Assembly (NCBI GenBank): GCA_965220965.1
Contig: OZ244852.1
Location: 224,001-288,000 of the forward strand
Direction of reading: 5' to 3'
Origin: Candidatus Marinacidobacterium sp.
Lineage (GTDB): Bacteria > Acidobacteriota > Vicinamibacteria > Marinacidobacterales > Marinacidobacteraceae
Length of the DNA: 64,000 nucleotides
In this document: one piece after another, positions 56,252 through 64,000 of the stretch
How positions within the stretch are numbered: the stretch's first letter is position 1
How the letters are laid out: each line of letters opens with the position of its first letter
Made by a program: the position numbers and the translations under genes
The notes under the pieces: generated by a model
What the model was told of the DNA's origin: nothing
Databases searched by the model: none
The model's input: the letters and a program-made list of their open reading frames with translations, nothing else

Positions 56252-58618
56252 TTATTCCCGCGTCTTCAGGACTTCCACCAGGTCGAGACGGCGCAGCCGG
56301 TGGCGCACCAGGATGGCGGAGAGCGCGGTGGCGACCGCCACCGCGGCGGCCGACAGCGCGAAAGTGGCTGGCTCGGCCACCAGCGGCATGCGGAAGAGCT
56401 CCGTCTCGTAGGCGGCCAGCATTCCGGCGAGCATCGAGTAGCCGAGCGCCAGGCCGACCGGGATGGCGACCGCGGTCAGGACTCCCAGCTCGCCGAAGAG
56501 CACGACCCCGATCTCGGCGCGGGTGAAGCCCATGACCCGCATGCTCGCCAGTTCGCGGCTTCGCTCCGAAAGCGAGATCCGCGCCGTGTTGTAGATCACC
56601 CCGAAGGCGATCACCAGCGCGAAGAGGAGGTTGATCGCCATCGTGTTGCTCATGTTCTCGGCCACGAAGGTCTCGAAGTTCTCGATCATCGCGTGCTGAA
56701 GGGCAACGGCGGCGACGACCGGCATCGCCTTGAGAGCGGCGTAGACCGACTCCCGCTCCAGTGGATCGATCCCGAGCGCCGCCCCGGTGAGGTTCGCCGA
56801 GTCCTGGAGGAAGCGCTGGAGATCCTCCGTCTCCATGTAGGCGGAAACGCCCATCAGGTCGTCCACCAGTCCGCCGACGATCATGTCGCGCTCCGGGCGG
56901 GTTCCCTGGAGCGCCTCGACGCGGATCGTGTCGCCCGGCCGCACTCCGAGCGTCTCGGCGAGCATCCGGGAAAGGATCAGCCCACCGCCGTCGAGTTCGA
57001 CCGGCCGCGAGTCCACCCCGACGACGCGCATGAGCCGGGCGTCGGGTCGGGTCGCCTGGATCGCCACCTGCCGGCTGCGATTCCCGTGACGGAGCCGCGC
57101 GGGCGCGCCCCCGGTGGGCTCCACTTCGAGGATCCCCGGGAGCGCCGCCAGCTCGTAGGCGGCGGCCTGGCCCTCCGGCTCCACGAAGGTGACGGTGAGG
57201 TCCTGCCGCTGGACCACATCGAACTGGATCCGCATCAACTCCTCGATGGAGTCGAGGGAAGCGCCGGCGAGAACCATGATCGCGCCGGAAAACGCGATCC
57301 CGACGATGGACATCACCGCGCGGCCGGGACGCCGGGAGAGGTTCCGCAGGACCATCCGCGCCGGCTGGCTCAGCCACCGCCGCAGGCCCAGCCGTTCGAG
57401 CCACGACACGCGAAACGCCTCGGGCGCCGCCGGGCGCATCGCCTCCGCGGGAGGGAGCCGCACCACGCTGCGCACCGCGGTGGCCGCGCCCAGGGCGGCC
57501 GCCCCGCCGCAGGCGAGGAGGGCCGCCGAGATGTGCGCCCAGTTCCAGTCCGGGACGAGCGCCGGGAACCGGTAGTAGTCCATGTAGAGACCGAGCATCG
57601 CCGAGCTCAGGAGCGCTCCGAGGGCGATCCCGAGCGCGCCCCCGGCGACCGAGACGAGGATGGCCCAGTGCGCGAAGTGGGCGCCGAGGCGCGCGCTGGA
57701 GTAACCGATCGCCTTGAGAACGGCGATCTGCTCGCGCTGGACGGCGACCAGCCGCCGCAACACCACGTTCAGCAGGAATGCGGCGATCCCCAGGAAGATC
57801 ATCGGCAGAAGCAGCGCCATGCCGCGAAGCCCGGTGAGCTCGTTCTGGAGGTACCAGTTGGAGACCTGCTGCGCGCGGGGAATCGCGCCGAGGCCGCCGT
57901 AGGGCTCGAGGAGACGGTCCAGTTCGGTGATGGCCGGGCCGGCGGGCGCGCCCTCGGCGAGGGACAGCAGGATGTCGTTGAAGCCGCCCTCCATGTCGAA
58001 TGCGGTGGCGATGTGCTCCCGCGTCATCCAGAAGATCCCGAAGCGACGGGGATCGGGAATCAGGTCCCCGCCTCCGATCGCGTAGACGAACTCGGGCGAC
58101 AGGGCGGTCCCGACGATTTCGAGCCGCTGTCGCCGGCCGTTCAGCACCGCGAAGACGGCGTCGCCCGGCTCGAGGCCGTGCGCCGCCGCGAAGCGTTCGT
58201 TGACGAGGGTCTCCTCGGCCCGCTCCGGGTCGGGCCAGCGTCCCGAACGGAGCGTCAGGTCGTTCAGCGCCGGCCGGCCGCGGTCCGGGATCGAGATGAG
58301 CCTGCCGTTCACCGGTTCGCTGACTCCGGGCACGTCGAGCGTGACGCCGGCGACCACGCGGGTGGCGACGCGGTCCACGCCCGGGAGTCGGGCGAGTTCC
58401 GGAGTCACCCACCGGGGGACCCGCTTGGCCGACGCGAAGACATCGGCGAACGCCGCCCGCGCGTAGTAGCTGTCGCGGGTCCGCTCCAGCGTGTCGAAGC
58501 AGGTGAGCGACGCGACCAGCAGCGCGATGCCGGCGGCGACCACGACCGAGATGGCGAGCGCCATCGAGCGCATCCGCCAGAGGTCGCGGAACAGCTTGCG
58601 GTCGAGCGCCGGGATCAT
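56252..58618 (-). CDS. ABC transporter permease (MacB/FtsX-like, two repeats)
   Basis: QREQIAVLKAIG and ERSRELASMRVMG motifs. Confidence 0.9.
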   Translation of the reverse strand: MIPALDRKLFRDLWRMRSMALAISVVVAAGIALLVASLTCFDTLERTRDSYYARAAFADVFASAKRVPRWVTPELARLPGVDRVATRVVAGVTLDVPGVSEPVNGRLISIPDRGRPALNDLTLRSGRWPDPERAEETLVNERFAAAHGLEPGDAVFAVLNGRRQRLEIVGTALSPEFVYAIGGGDLIPDPRRFGIFWMTREHIATAFDMEGGFNDILLSLAEGAPAGPAITELDRLLEPYGGLGAIPRAQQVSNWYLQNELTGLRGMALLLPMIFLGIAAFLLNVVLRRLVAVQREQIAVLKAIGYSSARLGAHFAHWAILVSVAGGALGIALGALLSSAMLGLYMDYYRFPALVPDWNWAHISAALLACGGAAALGAATAVRSVVRLPPAEAMRPAAPEAFRVSWLERLGLRRWLSQPARMVLRNLSRRPGRAVMSIVGIAFSGAIMVLAGASLDSIEELMRIQFDVVQRQDLTVTFVEPEGQAAAYELAALPGILEVEPTGGAPARLRHGNRSRQVAIQATRPDARLMRVVGVDSRPVELDGGGLILSRMLAETLGVRPGDTIRVEALQGTRPERDMIVGGLVDDLMGVSAYMETEDLQRFLQDSANLTGAALGIDPLERESVYAALKAMPVVAAVALQHAMIENFETFVAENMSNTMAINLLFALVIAFGVIYNTARISLSERSRELASMRVMGFTRAEIGVVLFGELGVLTAVAIPVGLALGYSMLAGMLAAYETELFRMPLVAEPATFALSAAAVAVATALSAILVRHRLRRLDLVEVLKTRE

Positions 58619-58664
58619 GTCGACAACCGTGGCGCGCCCTCGCGCGCGGCGGAAAGGCGCCGGG

Positions 58665-59405
58665 TCACCACTGGACCGAGGAGGTCGCGGCGCGCGTGGC
58701 GTTGCGCCGCTCCCGGGAGATGCGGCCGTCGGCGAGCGAGACGACCCGGTCGGCGATCGCCGAGATCGCTTCGTTGTGGGTGATGATCGCGGTCGTCGCT
58801 CCGTATTCCCGGTTCACGCGCGCGATCGCCTCGAGCACCTGGACGCCGGTCGTCACGTCGAGCGCGCCGGTCGGTTCGTCGCACAGGAGGATATCCGGCC
58901 GTTTCGCGATCGCGCGGGCGATGGCCACCCGCTGCTGTTCGCCTCCGGACATCTGCGAGGGGAAGTGGTCGGCGCGGGGCCCCAGGCCGACGATGTCGAG
59001 CGCCTCCCCGGCGGGCAGGGGGTCGTCGGAGATTTCGGTCACCAGCTCGACGTTCTCGCGGGCGGTGAGCGAGGGGATCAGGTTGTAGAACTGGAAAACG
59101 AAGCCCACCCGGCGGCGCCGGTAGCGCGTCAGCGCGGTCTCGTCGGCCTCGGTCAGATCCCGTCCCCGGTAGAACACCTTTCCGGCGGTCGGGACGTCCA
59201 GTCCGCCGAGGATGTTCAGCAGGGTGGACTTGCCGCTTCCCGACGGGCCGAGGAGCACGACGAACTCGCCGTCCCGGAAATCGAAGCTCACGCCCCGGAG
59301 CGCGTGCACCTCGACCTCGCCCATCTGGTAGACCTTGGTCACTTCCCGCATCGAAACCGCGGGTTCACCGTTCCGGGAGGCGCGGCCGTCCGGGGACCCG
59401 CTCAT
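58665..59405 (-). CDS. ABC transporter ATP-binding protein (LolD/MacB-like)
   Basis: [26 protein letters not shown]. Confidence 0.93.
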   Translation of the reverse strand: MSGSPDGRASRNGEPAVSMREVTKVYQMGEVEVHALRGVSFDFRDGEFVVLLGPSGSGKSTLLNILGGLDVPTAGKVFYRGRDLTEADETALTRYRRRRVGFVFQFYNLIPSLTARENVELVTEISDDPLPAGEALDIVGLGPRADHFPSQMSGGEQQRVAIARAIAKRPDILLCDEPTGALDVTTGVQVLEAIARVNREYGATTAIITHNEAISAIADRVVSLADGRISRERRNATRAATSSVQW

Positions 59406-59406
59406 T

Positions 59407-60633
59407 TCAGGGTTGGCCGGCCGAAGGACCGGGCGCCGCCGCTTCGCTGTCGCCGAGCCGCCGCATCAGGCAGTCGGCGAACAGCGGCGCGGTGAAGGCG
59501 GTGTCTCCGTGCGCCGGACTCCAGATCATCCCCTTGTTGATGAGTGTCTTGCGGGTTGGCCCGAGCGCGGTCACCGGTCTGCCGAGGACCCGGGCGATCG
59601 CCCCGGAACGATGCGGTCCCTCGCCCAGACTGGCCATCGCCTGCAGATACTTGCGCTCGGAAGGCGTCAACCGCCCCATCCGCACCCGGAAGAACCCTTC
59701 ATCGAGAGCCGCCCTTGCTGCTGTCGACGCCCGCTCCACATCCTCGACGGAGATCGGCGGTCCGCTGGCGACATCCCACGCGTGTTTGCCCCATTCCTGC
59801 AGAAAGTACGGGTACCCGCGGGTTTCTTCAAAGATCCTCTGGACAGCGGCGTCGCTGATCGCGACCCCCTGAGCCCAGGCGGGCCTGCGAACGGCTCGCT
59901 CCGTCGCCGCGCGGTCGAGGGGCCCGACGAAGGCGAAGTCGAACAGCCGCTCGGCGCAGGACTTCGCCCGCGCCGTCCTCCCCACGAGCTCGGGGAGACC
60001 CGCCCCCACCAGCGCCACCGGGCTCTCCTCCTGGGAGGTCCGGTGGAGCGCGACAACCAGCGCCGCCAGTTCATCCTCGCGGACGTGCTGGAGCTCGTCC
60101 ACGAACAGCGCGAGCGCGGTCCCGGCCTTGTGGGCGGCGGCGCCGGCGGCGAGAAGCAGCGCGGTGAGGTCCTGCTCCAGATCCCCGTTGTCCGCGAGCC
60201 CCGGCTCCGGGTTCGCGTCGTCCGCAATGTGGATGTCCTGGTACTGCGCCTTCAGGCCGCGGGCGAACCCCGCCAGACCGCGCAGGGCGCGCCGGGCGAG
60301 ATCCCGGGTCTTCTGGCTCCGGGACAGCTTCAGCAGAACTTCGCGGAGCGGCGGGCCCAGAAGGGCCGGGAGGGAGCGCCCTTCGGAGGCCTCCAGAAAG
60401 AGTGTGGAGAGCCCCGCGGACTCCGCGTCGTTCCGCATCCGGATGAGCAGGACGGTCTTGCCGACGCCTCGGAGACCAGCCATGAGGACGCTCCGGGCGG
60501 GGCGTCCGACCCGGGTCCGGTGGAGCGCGACCCGGACCCGCTCGCGCAGGTCGTCCCGCCCGGCCAGCTCCGGTGGCGGCGTTCCCGCGCCTGGGGAGAA
60601 CGGGTTGTTGATCGGATCCACGCTGCGGTCCAC
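59407..60633 (-). CDS. AAA+ (AAA_16-like) ATPase with C-terminal winged helix
   Basis: [48 protein letters not shown]. Confidence 0.85.
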   Translation of the reverse strand: MDRSVDPINNPFSPGAGTPPPELAGRDDLRERVRVALHRTRVGRPARSVLMAGLRGVGKTVLLIRMRNDAESAGLSTLFLEASEGRSLPALLGPPLREVLLKLSRSQKTRDLARRALRGLAGFARGLKAQYQDIHIADDANPEPGLADNGDLEQDLTALLLAAGAAAHKAGTALALFVDELQHVREDELAALVVALHRTSQEESPVALVGAGLPELVGRTARAKSCAERLFDFAFVGPLDRAATERAVRRPAWAQGVAISDAAVQRIFEETRGYPYFLQEWGKHAWDVASGPPISVEDVERASTAARAALDEGFFRVRMGRLTPSERKYLQAMASLGEGPHRSGAIARVLGRPVTALGPTRKTLINKGMIWSPAHGDTAFTAPLFADCLMRRLGDSEAAAPGPSAGQP

Positions 60634-60638
60634 CCGTC

Positions 60639-60701
60639 ATTTATGCAGATCTTATCCAGGTTTATCGATACCCAATAAACCGTCCAAAGGAATCCATAAA
60701 T
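60639..60701. promoter_or_regulatory. AT-rich 63-bp nested palindrome, candidate operator
   Basis: ATTTATG...GGTTTAT / ATAAACC...CATAAAT symmetric boxes directly upstream of GTG 60633. Confidence 0.6.
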
Positions 60702-60747
60702 CGCCTTGGCGCGGGTCGGAGGACGCCGTTCAGGCGCACTCGCCTGC

Positions 60748-61938
<1,191 letters not shown>

Positions 61939-61982
61939 GGGCGTCCTCCGGGAGGCCGGACTCTACCCGAGGCTCTTGGCGA

Positions 61983-64000
61983 TCAGGCGGCGAGCGCCGG
62001 CGCCGGGGCCGGCGCCAGGCGCACGCGCCCGTCGGGGGTGGCCTCCAGCCGGAGCGCGCGCCCCGGACCGGCGTCGCCCGAGAGCAGCAGCCGGGCCGCC
62101 GGAGTCTCGACCCGCTGCTGCAGCACCCGACGAACCTCGCGGGCGCCGGAAGCGGGCGCGTAGCTCTCCGCAGCGAGGATGCGCACCGCCTCGTCGGTGG
62201 CCTCGAGTGCGATGGACCGCTCCCGGAGACGCGTCTCGAGCCGTTCGAGCTGGAGCCGGACGATCGCCTCGATCTCCTCGCGGGTGAGGCTGCGGAAGAC
62301 GACCGTCTCGTCGATCCGGTTCAGGAACTCCGGCCGGAAGGAGCGCCGCAGTTCGCTCAGCACCCGCCGACGGACCTCCTCCCAGGAGGAGCCCCGCTCG
62401 GTGAGGTCGAGGATGTCGCGGCTGCCCACGTTCGAGGTCAGGATGAGGACGGTGTTCCGGAAGCTCACGACCCGTCCGTGCGAGTCCGTGAGGCGGCCGT
62501 CGTCGAGCACCTGGAGGAGCACGGTGTGGACCTCGGGATGCGCCTTCTCGATTTCGTCCAGAAGCACGACCCGGTAGGGGCGGCGGCGCACCGCTTCGGT
62601 GAGCTGGCCGCCCTCCTCGAAGCCGATGTAGCCCGGAGGCGCGCCGGTGAGGCGCGAGACCGAGTGCTTCTCGGTGTACTCGCTCATGTCGAGCCGGACG
62701 AGCGCGCCTTCGTCGTCGAGGAGTTCGGCGGCGAGGGCCCGCGCGAGTTCGGTCTTGCCGACGCCGGTGGGGCCGGCGAACAGGAAGGCCCCGAGGGGTC
62801 GGTCCGGGTCCTGGACGCCGGCGCGGGCCCGCACGACTGCGTCCGCCACCGCCCGCACCGCATCGTCCTGTCCCACGACCCGCCGGTGGAGCAGCTCGTC
62901 CAACTGGAGCAGCTTGTTGCGCTCGCCTTCCAGAAGGCGTTCCACCGGGATCCCGGTCCACCGGGCGACCACCGCGGCGACATCGCCTTCGGAGACCTCT
63001 TCGCGGAGCAGCCGCCCGTCCTGGGCGCCGAGACGGGCTTCCGCCTCGCGAAGCTCGTCGCGGAGCGCGGTGATCGTTCCGAAGCGGAGCTCGGCGGCTC
63101 GCGTCAGGTCGCCCTCGCGTTCCGCCCGCTCCATGGCCGTTCCCGCTTCCTCGATCCGTTCGCGCAGCGACCGGACCTCGCTCAGCCGGTCCTTCTCTCC
63201 CTGCCACCGGGTCCGCAGCGCCCTCGCCGCTTCCTCGCGGTCGGCGACGGTCCGCTCGAGCGATTCGAGCCGGCTGCGGGAGTCGGCGTCCTCTTCCTTC
63301 TTGAGCGCTTCGCACTCGATCCGGAGCGACAGCAGCTCGCGCTCCACCTGGTCCAGCTCGGTGGGGACGCTGTCGATCTCCGTCCTCAGGCGGGCGGCCG
63401 CCTCGTCCACCAGGTCGATGGCCTTGTCCGGCAGGAACCGGCCCTGGATGTAGCGCCGCGACAGGGCGGCGGCGGCGCGCAGCGCGGCGTCCTGGATCCG
63501 GACGCCGTGGTGGATCTCGTAACGTTCCTTGAGTCCGCGCAGGATCGTGACGGTGTCGGCCGCGTTCGGCTCGTTCACCGTCACTGTCTGGAAGCGGCGC
63601 TCCAGCGCGGCGTCCTTCTCGATGTGCATCCGGTACTCGTCGAGGGTCGTGGCGCCGATGCAGTGGAGGTCGCCGCGCGCGAGCGCCGGCTTCAGCAGGT
63701 TCGAGGCGTCCATTGCGCCGTCGGTCTTTCCGGCGCCGACGACGGTGTGGAGCTCATCGATGAAGAGCAGGATCCGGCCCTCCGATTCCGTGACCGCGGC
63801 GAGCACCGCCTTGAGCCGCTCCTCGAACTCGCCCCGGTACTTCGCTCCGGCGATCAGCGCCCCCATGTCGAGCGCCACGAGCTGGCGGTCGCGCAGCCCT
63901 TCGGGGACGTCGCCCTTCACGATCCGGACGGCGAGGCCCTCCGCGATGGCCGTCTTGCCGACGCCGGGCTCGCCGATGAGGACCGGGTTGTTCTTCGTGC
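61983..64000 (-). CDS. clpB: ATP-dependent chaperone ClpB; 5' end outside window
   Basis: GEPGVGKT, middle coiled coil, [16 protein letters not shown]. Confidence 0.95.
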   Translation of the reverse strand, partial: TKNNPVLIGEPGVGKTAIAEGLAVRIVKGDVPEGLRDRQLVALDMGALIAGAKYRGEFEERLKAVLAAVTESEGRILLFIDELHTVVGAGKTDGAMDASNLLKPALARGDLHCIGATTLDEYRMHIEKDAALERRFQTVTVNEPNAADTVTILRGLKERYEIHHGVRIQDAALRAAAALSRRYIQGRFLPDKAIDLVDEAAARLRTEIDSVPTELDQVERELLSLRIECEALKKEEDADSRSRLESLERTVADREEAARALRTRWQGEKDRLSEVRSLRERIEEAGTAMERAEREGDLTRAAELRFGTITALRDELREAEARLGAQDGRLLREEVSEGDVAAVVARWTGIPVERLLEGERNKLLQLDELLHRRVVGQDDAVRAVADAVVRARAGVQDPDRPLGAFLFAGPTGVGKTELARALAAELLDDEGALVRLDMSEYTEKHSVSRLTGAPPGYIGFEEGGQLTEAVRRRPYRVVLLDEIEKAHPEVHTVLLQVLDDGRLTDSHGRVVSFRNTVLILTSNVGSRDILDLTERGSSWEEVRRRVLSELRRSFRPEFLNRIDETVVFRSLTREEIEAIVRLQLERLETRLRERSIALEATDEAVRILAAESYAPASGAREVRRVLQQRVETPAARLLLSGDAGPGRALRLEATPDGRVRLAPAPAPALAA

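Overview
High-GC bacterial chromosomal segment, densely coding (about 50 genes). The gene content (carboxypeptidase-regulatory-domain TonB receptor, DUF1549/1553-DUF1501 pair, amidohydrolase trio, many exported peptidases) suggests Acidobacteriota; this is an inference. Housekeeping genes are metG, lepA, hemW, queG, kbl and clpB (partial). Also present are an Fe3+ ABC transporter with a Fur-like box, cofE/npdG F420 genes, a P450, an alpha-carbonic anhydrase and a MacB-like exporter. No rRNA, tRNA, CRISPR array, integrase or transposase was seen. The most unusual structures are: (1) a 1-kb islet bracketed by a 114-bp duplication of the 3' end of an efflux-adaptor gene, carrying two paralogous orphan membrane proteins, one with a CxxxC/Gly-zipper bacteriocin-like tail; (2) two copies of a MITE with TA duplications that carry a 20-bp GTAG-containing module at three different internal positions; (3) an ATPase-nuclease gene coupled to an apparently dead zincin; (4) a truncated DUF262 gene wedged into a peptidase operon; (5) a 63-bp nested palindrome in front of an AAA+/wHTH gene; (6) many apparently leaderless genes. 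Product calls come from motifs read by eye, not from database searches.
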